64,000 bases of DNA from Clostridiaceae bacterium DTU079 (GCA_001512505.1 LFSC01000009.1:4201-68200); one strand, 5' to 3'; counted from the stretch's first letter, positions 28,454 through 38,498 are shown. Notes: generated by a model from the letters alone, not told the origin. Program-made: numbers and translations.

Positions 28454-30548
28454 CTGTTTCCTCTCCGGTTTTATTATAGTCACAGTTTTCATTGCTGCAT
28501 TTAAGTTGTGCCTTTTTTCCGGAATACTTCTTAAGCAAGAAGTTTCCGCATTTAGGACAATTCTCTTTTGCAGGCATTTCCCAAGTCATAAAATCGCATT
28601 TGGGATCACCCTGGTTGTTTTCACATCCAAGATATTTTCTACCCTTCTTTGTTTTCTTTATATATACCTTTCCGCCGCATTTCGGACATTTAACTCCTGC
28701 ATCCTCGAGAATCGGCTTTGCGTTTCTGCATTCGGGGAATCCCGGACAAGCCAGGAACTTACCGTTCCTTCCCATCTTTATTACCATGTTCCGTCCGCAT
28801 TTCTCACAAATCTCATCGGTTACCTCATCGGGAATTTCAATATTGCCTATTTGAGATTCTGCCTCCTGAAGTACGCCTACGAACTGGGAATAAAAGTCTT
28901 TCATGACATCAACCCACTTCTTACCGCCTTCTTCAATCTCATCAAGCTTTTTTTCCAATTGGGCAGTAAACTCAACATCAACTATTTCCTGAAAATAATT
29001 CTTCATTATATCCGTTACTATTCTTCCCAATTCGGTTGGAACCAGAGCCTTTCCGTCTTTTACTATATAGCCCCGGGCTAAAATAGTGGTAATAGTCGGT
29101 GCATAAGTACTTGGTCTTCCTATTCCTTTTTCTTCAAGAGCCTTTACAAGGCTGGCCTCGGTATACCTTGGTGGAGGCTGGGTAAAATGCTGCTTGGGTT
29201 CAATATCTTTCTGCTTTAATTCCTCATTCTCCACAAGCTCCGGTATCTCCATATCCGCTTCCTCGGTATCTTCATCCTTTCCTTCCTGATATAAAAGAGT
29301 ATATCCCGGAAACTTTATACTGGAGCCACTTGCCTTAAAAATATATTTATCTGCTTCAATATCAGCACTAATGGTATCGTAAACAGCCGCTGCCATCTGG
29401 CTTGCTACAAAACGCTCCCATATCAGCTTGTACAGCTTATACTGTTCTTTCGACAATGAATCCTTTATCGATTCGGGATCCATATCAACAGACGTGGGTC
29501 TTATACATTCATGGGCATCCTGGGAATTGGATTTGCCTTTATAAACGGGTTTTTCTTTTGGCAGATATTCTTCACCGAATTTCATCTTAATATATTCCGC
29601 GGCATTCTGTTGTGCCTCTTCAGAAACCCTTGTGGAATCCGTACGTATATAGGTAACAAGACCTACCGCTCCAACGCCTTTTATATCCACACCTTCGTAA
29701 AGCTGCTGAGCTACAATCATGGTCTTTTTTGTAGTGAACCCCAGCTTTCTCGAGGCCTCCTGTTGCATTGTGCTGGTAGTAAAGGGTGCATTGGGTGTCT
29801 TTCTTTTCTCACCCTTTTTAACTTTACTCACTTTAAATGTACTGTCTTTTATATCACCAAGTATATTATTGACTTCATCCTCATTTTTCAATTCAATCTT
29901 CTTGTTACCCACACCATAAAATTTAGCATTAAAAGGAGCCTTTACTCCTTTCTTGAGGAGCTTCGCCGTTATGGTCCAATATTCATCCGGTACGAATTTT
30001 TCTATTTCTTCCTCTCTGTCGCATATAAGTCTTGTAGCCACCGATTGAACCCTACCGGCACTCAGACCTTTCTTAACTTTTTTCCAGAGAATTGGGCTTA
30101 TTTTGTATCCCACAATTCTGTCCAATACTCTTCTGGCCTGCTGGGCATCCACTAGGTCCATATCAATTTCTCTCGGTGACTTTATAGCGTTTTTAACAGC
30201 ATTTTTGGTAATCTCATTAAATGTTATCCGGCACTTTTCTTTTTCATCTATATTTAAGAGATTGGCCAAATGCCATGAAATAGCTTCACCCTCACGGTCA
30301 GGGTCGGTAGCAAGATAAACCGTCTTTGCATTTTTAGCTTCCTTTTTTAACTTTGATATTATGTCGCCTTTTCCTCTTATTGTAATGTACTTGGGTGCAA
30401 AATCATTTTCTATATCAACTCCCATCTGGCTTTTGGGCAGATCCCTCACGTGACCGACAGAAGCAACTATCTTGTAGCCCTTTCCTAAAAATTTCCCGAT
30501 TGTGTTTGCTTTAGCGGGAGACTCAACAATAACCAATTTTTCAGCCAT
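28446..30548 (-). CDS. topA: DNA topoisomerase I
   Basis: 700-aa ORF with a TOPRIM N-terminus ([18 protein letters not shown]) and the active-site Tyr region (TYIRTDSTR). C-terminal CxxC zinc-ribbon repeats. Confidence 0.97.
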   Translation of the reverse strand: MAEKLVIVESPAKANTIGKFLGKGYKIVASVGHVRDLPKSQMGVDIENDFAPKYITIRGKGDIISKLKKEAKNAKTVYLATDPDREGEAISWHLANLLNIDEKEKCRITFNEITKNAVKNAIKSPREIDMDLVDAQQARRVLDRIVGYKISPILWKKVKKGLSAGRVQSVATRLICDREEEIEKFVPDEYWTITAKLLKKGVKAPFNAKFYGVGNKKIELKNEDEVNNILGDIKDSTFKVSKVKKGEKRKTPNAPFTTSTMQQEASRKLGFTTKKTMIVAQQLYEGVDIKGVGAVGLVTYIRTDSTRVSEEAQQNAAEYIKMKFGEEYLPKEKPVYKGKSNSQDAHECIRPTSVDMDPESIKDSLSKEQYKLYKLIWERFVASQMAAAVYDTISADIEADKYIFKASGSSIKFPGYTLLYQEGKDEDTEEADMEIPELVENEELKQKDIEPKQHFTQPPPRYTEASLVKALEEKGIGRPSTYAPTITTILARGYIVKDGKALVPTELGRIVTDIMKNYFQEIVDVEFTAQLEKKLDEIEEGGKKWVDVMKDFYSQFVGVLQEAESQIGNIEIPDEVTDEICEKCGRNMVIKMGRNGKFLACPGFPECRNAKPILEDAGVKCPKCGGKVYIKKTKKGRKYLGCENNQGDPKCDFMTWEMPAKENCPKCGNFLLKKYSGKKAQLKCSNENCDYNKTGEETDD

Positions 30549-30624
30549 CTTAATCCTCCAGTTTAGTTCTCAGTTTTTAATAATATATTATAATATTATA
30601 TATTGGCATATTACAATTAAATAT

Positions 30625-31737
30625 TTAAAACTTTAATTTAAATATCTTTCCAGGGAGCTGTTCCACAATCCCTTTAAGCTCAAGCATAATAAGTATCGAG
30701 CTTATCATAGCGACACTTATTCCTGTCTTTCGTGAAATAACATCTATATGCAACGGTTCAAGCTTTAAACACTCTACCACTTTCTTCTCATCATCGTCAA
30801 GGTCTTTTAGCAGCTTATCACCTTCAAACCTTTGAGAAAAAAAGTCTTTTATTTTGTCTTCGCTGAAGCTGATGTTTATCTCTTCCAATATATCGTCAAT
30901 TCCTGTCACTATTTTTGCACCTTCCTTAATAAGCTTATTCGTTCCGGTACTGTTATAGTTGCTAACATTTCCCGGAAGGGCAAATACCTCTCTTCCCTGT
31001 TCAAGGGCAAAATTAGCCGTAATTAAAGAGCCGCTGCGTTCACCTGCCTCAATTACAATTACCCCAAGGGAAATACCGCTTATTATCCTGTTACGTGCAG
31101 GAAAATTGCCCGGCGCGGGAGTTGTGCCCGGCAAGTATTCCGATATACATGCACCGTTTAAGACTATGTTCTCCATGAGTTTTTTGTTTTCAGAAGGGTA
31201 TGCAATATCAAGTCCACAGCCTAAAACCGCAATGGTCCTTCCCCCTACATCCAGTGCACCCTTATGGGCATAGGAATCGATTCCCCTTGCCATGCCGCTT
31301 ACCACAGTGATGCCGTATTTTGCCAGTTCACCGGATATAGCTTGTGCCATTCTTATCCCATAGGACGATGCTCTTCGGGAACCCACTACAGCCAGGTATT
31401 TTTCATCCTTTCCGATGTTACCCTTCATGTATATCACAATGGGCGGATCGTATATATTTTTCAGGTATAAAGGATACATGCTGTCTTCAATTGTCACTAC
31501 TTTAATGTTGTGTTTTGTAATGCTTTCCAATAGATTATCAGTATTTTCCTTTATTTTCTCATCGGTTAAGTTTGACACGTCTGTCCTACTTAAAAAAGGA
31601 AGAACACCCAGTTCATCCCTTTTGGCATTCCATACATTATATATATCCTTAAAATGCTCCAGAAGCTTTCTAGACTTAACTGCACCAACTCCCGGAACAG
31701 AACTCAGCCACACCCAATATCTTATTTTGCTTTCCAT
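30625..31737 (-). CDS. dprA: DNA processing/protecting protein DprA (Smf)
   Basis: 370-aa ORF with the DprA Rossmann core (AVVGSRRASSYG ... VVSGMARGIDSYAHKGAL ... LPGN) and a C-terminal winged-helix-like domain. Confidence 0.94.
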   Translation of the reverse strand: MESKIRYWVWLSSVPGVGAVKSRKLLEHFKDIYNVWNAKRDELGVLPFLSRTDVSNLTDEKIKENTDNLLESITKHNIKVVTIEDSMYPLYLKNIYDPPIVIYMKGNIGKDEKYLAVVGSRRASSYGIRMAQAISGELAKYGITVVSGMARGIDSYAHKGALDVGGRTIAVLGCGLDIAYPSENKKLMENIVLNGACISEYLPGTTPAPGNFPARNRIISGISLGVIVIEAGERSGSLITANFALEQGREVFALPGNVSNYNSTGTNKLIKEGAKIVTGIDDILEEINISFSEDKIKDFFSQRFEGDKLLKDLDDDEKKVVECLKLEPLHIDVISRKTGISVAMISSILIMLELKGIVEQLPGKIFKLKF

Positions 31738-31826
31738 CCGTATACCCCTTTATCGGTATTTGGTAAAAACTAACCCATTATTTTCATGAATTAATTTATC
31801 ATGTATTGTTCATTGAATCAAGTACA

Positions 31827-32603
31827 TTATATGTCTTCAATAACTTTAGAGTCCAATACAAGCTCAACCGGACAATGATCGGAGCCCAATACATTATCAT
31901 GTATGGATGCCGATATTAGACGGTCCTTGAGTTTTTGCGAAACACAGAAATAATCGATTCTCCATCCCGCATTTCTAGAACGGGCATTAAACATGTATGA
32001 CCACCATGTATATGCATCCTTTTTGTCGGGATAGAAAAATCTAAAGCTGTCAATAAAGCCTGCTTCAAGAAGTCGGGTAAACTTTTCCCTTTCTTCATCG
32101 GTAAAACCTGCATTTCTTCTGTTTGATGCCGGGTTCTTAAGATCAATCTCTTTATGGGCAACATTCATGTCACCACATACAACAACAGGCTTTTTCTTAT
32201 CCAGTTCAACCAGGTAATTTCTGAAATCGTCCTCCCATTTCATCCTGTAATCCAGCCTTTCCAGACCCCTTTGGGCATTGGGAGTATACACATTCACAAG
32301 AAAACTGTTTTTATATTCAAGGGTTATAACTCTTCCCTCGTTGTCGTGTTCTTCAATACCTATTCCGTTTACAACCGAAAGGGGCTTTATCTTTGTAAAC
32401 ACCGCAGTGCCGGAATACCCCTTCTTTTTGGCATAATTCCAATATTGATGATATCCTTGAAGTTCAAGCTCAAGCTGTCCTTCCTGAAGCTTCGACTCCT
32501 GTATACAAAATATATCGGCATTTGTATTTTTAAAATAATCCAAAAAACCCTTTTCTATACATGCCCTAATGCCATTTACATTCCATGAAATAAGCTTTGT
32601 CAT
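31827..32603 (-). CDS. xth: Exodeoxyribonuclease III (AP endonuclease)
   Basis: 258-aa ORF: LISWNVNGIRA, FCIQESK, GDMNVAHKEIDL, SDHCPV. These are classic EEP/ExoIII motifs. Confidence 0.96.
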   Translation of the reverse strand: MTKLISWNVNGIRACIEKGFLDYFKNTNADIFCIQESKLQEGQLELELQGYHQYWNYAKKKGYSGTAVFTKIKPLSVVNGIGIEEHDNEGRVITLEYKNSFLVNVYTPNAQRGLERLDYRMKWEDDFRNYLVELDKKKPVVVCGDMNVAHKEIDLKNPASNRRNAGFTDEEREKFTRLLEAGFIDSFRFFYPDKKDAYTWWSYMFNARSRNAGWRIDYFCVSQKLKDRLISASIHDNVLGSDHCPVELVLDSKVIEDI

Positions 32604-32621
32604 TTTTTTCTCCCCTTTGAC

Positions 32622-34169
32622 TCATTTTTTTCTGTCGAGATTTCTGTACTGTATTGCTTCCAACAGATGATGAGCCTTTATATTCTCACTTTCCTCCATA
32701 TCAGCAATAGTACGTGCCACCTTTAAAATTCTGTTATGGGCTCTGGCACTCAACCCCAGTTTGTCAAAAGCATTTTTCAATATCTCTTTGCAATGGTCGT
32801 CCAGCTTACAGTATTTTTTTATCATTGACGGCGAAAGCTCTGCATTGGAGAATATATTAAGTCCCTTGTATCTTTCCTGCTGAATTCTTCTTGTTTTGTT
32901 TACCCTTTCCCTGATAACTTTTGAGCTTTCTCCTTCTTCCTGACTTTCAAGATCCTTGTATTGCACCGGAGCAACCTCTATATGAATATCTATTCTGTCC
33001 AAGAGAGGTCCGGACAACCGGCCCAAATACTGCTGAATCTGCTTGGGCGTACATGTGCATTCCTTTGATTCATCAAGGTAATTGCCGCATTTGCAAGGAT
33101 TAGCGGCACATATCAATGTCGTCCTGGCAGGGTATGTCAAAGTCGCATTAACCCTCGAAATGGTTACTACTCCGTCTTCCAAAGGCTGTCTTAACACCTC
33201 AAGGGCTTCCCTGCTGAACTCCGGAAGCTCGTCCAAAAACAATACGCCATAATGTGCAAGACTAATCTCACCGGGCTTTGGTATTTTTCCTCCTCCGATA
33301 AGTCCGGTGTTTGAGATAGAGTGGTGAGGTGATCTAAACGGCCTCTGAGTAATAAGAGAAGTATTTTCAGGTAAATTCCCTGCAATACTGTGGATTTTGG
33401 TCACTTCAAGGGCCTCTTCAAAGGTCAGAGCAGGAAGAATAGTCGGAAGTCTTCTGGCGAGCATAGTTTTTCCGCTTCCCGGCGAACCGATCATCAGGCA
33501 GTTATGCCCACCGCTGGCGGCTACTTCAAGAGCCCTTTTAACATTTTCCTGCCCCTTAACATCAGCAAAATCCACATCATAATCCAGGGATTTGTTGAAA
33601 AAAGAGTCAATATCAACTTCATGTCTTTCAATTTCGGATTCCCCGTTTAAGTGATTTACAACATCTATGATATTTGCAGCCGGATATATATTTATCCCCT
33701 TTACCACCGCTGCCTCATCAGCATTCTCCACCGCTAAAACAATGTTTTCGATACCGTCTTCCCTTGCACTTATAACCATGGGAAGTACGCCTTTTACAGG
33801 TTTTATCCCACCATCCAAGGATAATTCACCTAAAAATGCATAGTTTTCAAAATTGTTGCCGTTTATCTGCCCGGTTGCCGTTAATATTCCCAAAGCTATC
33901 GGCAAATCAAAGGCAGATCCTTCCTTCCTTTTATCGGCAGGAGCAAGATTTACCGTAATCCTCTTTATCGGAAAATCCAACCCTGCATTTTTAATAGCTG
34001 CCCTAACCCGCTCCTTGGATTCCTTAACCGCCGTATCTCCAAGCCCAACCATATCAAAAGCAGGCAGCCCGCTGCTTATATCTGTCTCCACCGTTACAGT
34101 ATAGCCGTCTATACCAATTAGGCCAATACTCTTTACCTTTGACAGCACATTTGCCACAACCTTCCTCAA
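32622..34169 (-). CDS. YifB/ComM family Mg-chelatase-like AAA+ ATPase
   Basis: 515-aa ORF with an N-terminal Lon-protease-like domain (LGDTAVKESKERV) and an AAA+ module (MIGSPGSGKTMLARRL, VLFLDELPEF). The start is uncertain; an in-frame GTG at 34148 is possible. Confidence 0.94.
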   Translation of the reverse strand: MRKVVANVLSKVKSIGLIGIDGYTVTVETDISSGLPAFDMVGLGDTAVKESKERVRAAIKNAGLDFPIKRITVNLAPADKRKEGSAFDLPIALGILTATGQINGNNFENYAFLGELSLDGGIKPVKGVLPMVISAREDGIENIVLAVENADEAAVVKGINIYPAANIIDVVNHLNGESEIERHEVDIDSFFNKSLDYDVDFADVKGQENVKRALEVAASGGHNCLMIGSPGSGKTMLARRLPTILPALTFEEALEVTKIHSIAGNLPENTSLITQRPFRSPHHSISNTGLIGGGKIPKPGEISLAHYGVLFLDELPEFSREALEVLRQPLEDGVVTISRVNATLTYPARTTLICAANPCKCGNYLDESKECTCTPKQIQQYLGRLSGPLLDRIDIHIEVAPVQYKDLESQEEGESSKVIRERVNKTRRIQQERYKGLNIFSNAELSPSMIKKYCKLDDHCKEILKNAFDKLGLSARAHNRILKVARTIADMEESENIKAHHLLEAIQYRNLDRKK

Positions 34170-34495
34170 TATGTACAGAATAATAATAAATTATTTGTGT
34201 ATTGTCAAATATTTTATCGATAACATATTTCTACATTAATGCACTATATCCTCCATATGTTATATTTACTTTGCGTAAATTGTTAAGAGAGGAAGCATTG
34301 AACAAAAGTAATTAAATATTCGGTAAAGCTCAGGCTTATTCTTTTTCTTTTCATCGCCAAAATAAACTGTAACATTTTAGGTCTTTATAACTATGATATA
34401 TTATAGTAATCTCTTTGTGTCGTTAAAATGAGGGTACATGAAATAAATGCATATAAATATATCCCTTTTATCAATATTGCCGGGAGGAATGTCAA

Positions 34496-34915
34496 ATGCT
34501 TTTTTTAAGAAGGAAGCATATTAAGAAAAACAAAATAAAGACGGAAGAACCTGTGTCAAAATCCGATTTCACAATGGAGCCTCCAGCTGATTACGGACCT
34601 TTGCAAAGGAATAATGTTAGCTTTTCTTTCCACATATCAAACTACATAGGTGAAACCGTAACTCTGTTTGTCGAGTCGGGAGGTATGACAGGAACAGGTT
34701 TTACCGGTATACTTTTATACGCAAACGAAGTATACGTAAAACTGCTAACCTCTATCGCGCCCGCTCCTTTTTGCCCCTTGGGAAATCCGTGCATCTTTAA
34801 TTTCTCATACTTTATTAGAAATCCCAATCCCTATGTTAATTCTATGAGAGATATGGGGGCAGTGGTCATTATACCGGTAAATAAAATCGTATCCTTTGTC
34901 CATAACATTATTTAA
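34496..34915 (+). CDS. Hypothetical small protein, paralogue A (basic N-terminal extension plus conserved NYIGETVT...CxLGNxC...VSFVHN core)
   Basis: 139-aa ORF with GGGAGGAA 7 nt upstream of the ATG. About 55% identical over the core to the convergent ORF at 34988..35428. I do not recognise the family with certainty. Confidence 0.7.
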   Translation: MLFLRRKHIKKNKIKTEEPVSKSDFTMEPPADYGPLQRNNVSFSFHISNYIGETVTLFVESGGMTGTGFTGILLYANEVYVKLLTSIAPAPFCPLGNPCIFNFSYFIRNPNPYVNSMRDMGAVVIIPVNKIVSFVHNII

Positions 34916-34928
34916 ACCGAAAGGTATT

Positions 34929-34956
34929 AAAAAAAACGGGAATATTCCCGGTTTTT
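34929..34956. terminator. Bidirectional intrinsic terminator shared by the convergent paralogues
   Basis: A8-CGGGAATATTCCCG-GT5: a perfect GC-capped palindrome with an A-run on one side and a T-run on the other. Confidence 0.8.
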
Positions 34957-34987
34957 AATCAATATATAATAATGGCACTAACTTCCA

Positions 34988-35428
34988 TCATACTGCATTA
35001 TGGACAAAGGCTACTATACTGTCTATAGGTATATCCGTTACTGAACCCAGCGTATATACCGGATAACCGTTCCATCCTCCGGCTGTCATTGAACCGCCTT
35101 CACCAAACGGGAGTCCTTGACCGTATCCAGTATCATAGCCTGCTGAGTATCCGTCATCAACACCGTATCCCCATCCCGCAGGCTTGTTTCCTTTTCCATA
35201 TTCATGACCGGCTTTAAATCCGTTACATGCATTGCCCAAAGCACATCCCGGTGCAGGGCCGATCCTTGTTATCAATCTGACAAAGCAATCATTAACAGAA
35301 AGAATAACACCTGTAAAACCGGAGCCCGATTGTCCGCCACTTTTTGTAAAAATTGTAACAGTTTCGCCTATATAGTTTGAAAGCAATGCTGGAAAGCTTC
35401 CTCCTGTAAAAGCACCAATGTTTGACAT
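34988..35428 (-). CDS. Hypothetical small protein, paralogue B (same core with a ~55-aa Gly/Tyr-rich insertion)
   Basis: The ORF track gives 34988..35434. I prefer the ATG at 35428 (AAAGGAGAG about 9 nt upstream). The core NYIGETVTIFTKSGGQSGSGFTGVILSVNDCFVRLITRIGPAPGCALGNAC ... IPIDSIVAFVHNAV parallels paralogue A. The insert is GWGYGVDDGYSAGYDTGYGQG... Confidence 0.7.
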   Translation of the reverse strand: MSNIGAFTGGSFPALLSNYIGETVTIFTKSGGQSGSGFTGVILSVNDCFVRLITRIGPAPGCALGNACNGFKAGHEYGKGNKPAGWGYGVDDGYSAGYDTGYGQGLPFGEGGSMTAGGWNGYPVYTLGSVTDIPIDSIVAFVHNAV

Positions 35429-35468
35429 TACCACTCTCTCCTTTCAATGCTGATAACTTTTTCTTATA

Positions 35469-35496
35469 TATCTTATGTCAACAGCAACTCGATTGT
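35469..35496 (-). promoter_or_regulatory. Candidate sigma-K-type (late mother-cell) promoter for paralogue B
   Basis: Minus strand reads AC (35496-35495), a 17-nt spacer, then CATAAGATA (35477-35469). This fits the B. subtilis sigma-K pattern AC-N16/17-CATAnnnTA and lies about 40 nt upstream of the ATG. Confidence 0.35.
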
Positions 35497-35540
35497 TACA
35501 GATTGCTCATTATTTATGTTAGGAAAAGAGTGGTAGAGCC

Positions 35541-37412
35541 TTAATGTTCAAGAAACTTTTTTATTTTGTTGAGGCTATCGGTAAGCTTCTGATTTTGAGT
35601 AAGGATGGCATTAATATATACATTCTTTATATCCTCGTATTTTGTCAGTACCTTGTTAGCCCTGTCAACTTCCGACTTTATAAGGAAAAAGTCAATCTCT
35701 ATCAGATTTTTAAGCAGAGAAGGATAAATGGGAGATTCAATTACCTTATTGGTCAAATCGCTTATAGAATCGACAACCTTGACAAATCTCGAACTGTTTT
35801 TTGACGGATGATATATATCTTTGCGAAGGCCGTCCACCAGTCCCAATTGACGATTGGAAATCCGTTCTAGCTTCTCAATCTCTTTATTTACATATGTTTT
35901 GTACTCATTGATTTTTGATAAAATACTTTCTGTAAAAATATTCTCACTATACAGTTTTCCTATTCGATCGGAAATACCGCAAGAATGAAGGTTGCATCTT
36001 TTTAAAGCATCCTCAAGGGTTTTATTGTCAGCATGGGAAATATTAATGCCCCCTTCAGTGGCATTTATTATTTCAGTCTGGCCGCCAATCCTTTCAAAAT
36101 ATCCTTCAAACCAGTTTCTCATGGCAAGAAAAGCCTTGGTGGTATATACATCTCTCCCGTAAATATCTTTTACAAGTAAATATTCATTGCTTTTCGGGTC
36201 GTCTGAATCTCCGACAACTGTTCCCGGAGCTTCACCGGCATACATGCTTCCGGAAGTAAAAGCCAAGTCTTGTCCCATCATAATAATAGGATTGCAGCCC
36301 ATTTTGAACAAAATATCAAAGCATGTATTGGCAACCGACGGCCCGCTTAAAAAATAGCCGGATTTAATATTTGAATATTCAAAAAACCTGGCGGTGTAAA
36401 CATCAACGGTATAGTTCATGACAAATTTAGGTCCGCCATAGCTGCTGACCGAAAGGGTGGAAACCTGATTTGAATAAATAAAATAGATATCCTTGTTCTT
36501 AACATTGGCATGTATCTTGCCTTCATTTTCTCCCGCATCAATACCCACCATAAAATGAGGAACAATACCAAAGTCCTCCAGAATTCTGACTGCGGTACCG
36601 GCCGCCATTATAACACATTTGTCCTCAAGCCCTTTTAAGAGATGAACGTTCTTTTGAAGTGACGGTCCTGCTGATACCAGGATACCGGGAACATCTTTAA
36701 ACTTGCCGATAAGACCGTCTGCATTGGAAGAGCCTATCATCTGATTCAGATTTTTTATATTGTTATGAACCCACAGCTCTCCAAAATGCCTCCTGGTTGC
36801 AATGTCCACCGTAAAACTCTCAGCATGCCTGATAAACCTGCTTCTAAGCTCGTCCCATGTATCGGGAAACAACTCTGCGTACACTTCGAAGGGTTCTACC
36901 TGGATACCTCCCTCTTCGGTATTCCAGAACAAAGAGTTTATTCTTCCAAGAATAATGTCCACTCTCTCGTCAACCAAAATTTCAGCTTTCTTAATTACCG
37001 TTTCAAGATTTCTTATGCAGACAATTTGATAAAACAAATTCATATTGGGCTCTACAATAACCACTTTTTTGTTCGGAAAGCTTGTAAGAAGAACTTCCAA
37101 ATGAAAGGCCATGCCCATACCAAAGACAATATCCGCCCTGTTTGAAGCGTCAATATATTTATCAATCCATGCATATGCCTCACTAATGGGATCCTCATGA
37201 TCACACAAAACATAATTCTTCTGTCCGCACCTAACCATAATATTTATCACTAGATCATCCTGACGTGCAAGAAATATCTTTTCCACCGAAGTGTCCAAGG
37301 GTTTGTATTCCCCTTTTATATGCCGATCAAGCTTATAATAGACCTCAGGTTGGTGTTTTTTTAGAAGCGCCAAATTCTTTTCCAAAACTTCATTCATGGA
37401 TATATCACTCAT
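35541..37412 (-). CDS. Maf-type (motility-associated factor, DUF115/MptE-like) putative nonulosonic-acid glycosyltransferase
   Basis: 623-aa ORF. The central block GILVSAGPSLQKNVHLLKGLEDKCVIMAAGTAVRILEDFGIVPHFMVGIDAGE is typical of DUF115/MAF_flag10 proteins. Size and three-part layout match Maf flagellin glycosyltransferases. Starts 22 nt after the nrdR stop with only a weak SD. Confidence 0.8.
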   Translation of the reverse strand: MSDISMNEVLEKNLALLKKHQPEVYYKLDRHIKGEYKPLDTSVEKIFLARQDDLVINIMVRCGQKNYVLCDHEDPISEAYAWIDKYIDASNRADIVFGMGMAFHLEVLLTSFPNKKVVIVEPNMNLFYQIVCIRNLETVIKKAEILVDERVDIILGRINSLFWNTEEGGIQVEPFEVYAELFPDTWDELRSRFIRHAESFTVDIATRRHFGELWVHNNIKNLNQMIGSSNADGLIGKFKDVPGILVSAGPSLQKNVHLLKGLEDKCVIMAAGTAVRILEDFGIVPHFMVGIDAGENEGKIHANVKNKDIYFIYSNQVSTLSVSSYGGPKFVMNYTVDVYTARFFEYSNIKSGYFLSGPSVANTCFDILFKMGCNPIIMMGQDLAFTSGSMYAGEAPGTVVGDSDDPKSNEYLLVKDIYGRDVYTTKAFLAMRNWFEGYFERIGGQTEIINATEGGINISHADNKTLEDALKRCNLHSCGISDRIGKLYSENIFTESILSKINEYKTYVNKEIEKLERISNRQLGLVDGLRKDIYHPSKNSSRFVKVVDSISDLTNKVIESPIYPSLLKNLIEIDFFLIKSEVDRANKVLTKYEDIKNVYINAILTQNQKLTDSLNKIKKFLEH

Positions 37413-37434
37413 TTCCGAATAATATGTTAATTAA

Positions 37435-37890
37435 CTACTTTTCCTCAAGAAGTTTATGGAGCTCATCCATAAATGTATTAATATCTTTAAACTGCCTGTA
37501 TACCGATGCAAAACGGACATAAGCCACTTCGTCAAGATTTTTCAGCTTAGACATGACCAATTCGCCTATGGCCTTTGTTGTCACTTCCCTCTGCAATGAA
37601 TTGCAAATATGGCTTTCAACCTCTTCGACAAGCTTCTCGAGATCATCGATGGAAACAGGCCTTTTTTCACATGCGCGCAAAAGCCCGTTAAGAAGCTTTT
37701 CCCTGTTAAAGGGCTGTCTTGACTTATCCTTTTTTATAACCATTAGGGGTAAACTCTCAACCTTCTCATAGGTAGTAAACCTTTTCAAGCATTTTAAGCA
37801 TTCTCTCCGCCTTCTGATTGCAGAACCCTCATCGGTCGGTCTCGAATCGATAACTCTATCCTCCATAAAACCGCAATACGGACACTTCAT
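37435..37890 (-). CDS. nrdR: Transcriptional repressor NrdR
   Basis: 151-aa ORF with a zinc ribbon (MKCPYCG ... [12 protein letters not shown]) and an ATP-cone. Confidence 0.97.
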   Translation of the reverse strand: MKCPYCGFMEDRVIDSRPTDEGSAIRRRRECLKCLKRFTTYEKVESLPLMVIKKDKSRQPFNREKLLNGLLRACEKRPVSIDDLEKLVEEVESHICNSLQREVTTKAIGELVMSKLKNLDEVAYVRFASVYRQFKDINTFMDELHKLLEEK

Positions 37891-38128
37891 GACATCCCTC
37901 CTATGCTAAAAACTATATGGCTTATTCCATTTGTATCTAATTATAACACATATAATAATCAAGTAGCCAATTGAAAGTTCGGTTTATTTTGCGGACCCAT
38001 TATATATAATACACTATATACCGTCATAAATAAACCACATCATTTTTCAAATGTGCATAATTAATACGAAGAAAAATACGGAAGAAAATTATGTCATAAA
38101 GTCCGAAGCCCGTAAATACGGCACACCT

Positions 38129-38389
38129 CTAATCGAAATGTTTTCTTATAAACCTGTCATCCAGATCCACCAGGATAATATCTTCTCCGATCTTTTTTAT
38201 CCTATCCCAGGGTATAACATATTCGTCATCTTTACCGACAAATCCGAACCAGCTTCTGCCTCCGGGTATCACAATAGCTTCAATTTTTCCCGATTCAAGG
38301 TTTATTTCAACATCGCAGACAAATCCGAGTCTTCTTCCATCTTTTATATTGATTACTTCCTTTTCCCTAAAATCCGATGTTCTGTTCAT
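38129..38389 (-). CDS. ylmC: YlmC/YmxH family sporulation protein (PRC-barrel)
   Basis: 86-aa ORF: FREKEVINIKDGRRLGFVCDVEINLESGKIEAIVIPG matches the YlmC/YmxH pattern. Conserved position downstream of sigG. Confidence 0.9.
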   Translation of the reverse strand: MNRTSDFREKEVINIKDGRRLGFVCDVEINLESGKIEAIVIPGGRSWFGFVGKDDEYVIPWDRIKKIGEDIILVDLDDRFIRKHFD

Positions 38390-38498
38390 ACCCCACTCCC
38401 CCTAAATACTGTCAAAGTTCTTCATCCTTAATATATGTAAGTAATTAAAATGATATGTTTATACTGATTTCACTCTCGAAACAAGTAATAAACAAATA

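Noticed and set aside
28446-28492. 47-nt overlap between the trmFO and topA ORFs, considered as possible unusual overlap or frameshift
   Set aside because: It is resolved by using the internal Met14 of trmFO (28453), which has a good SD and gives the canonical [19 protein letters not shown]-terminus. The residual 8-nt overlap is ordinary.
38006-38018. 13-mer TAATACACTATAT upstream of nrdR, also present at 26888-26900 upstream of flgB; it resembles half of an NrdR box (ACACwAtATaTwGTGT)
   Set aside because: Only half of the palindrome is present at either site. A shared 13-mer in two AT-rich spacers is within chance expectation for 64 kb on both strands.
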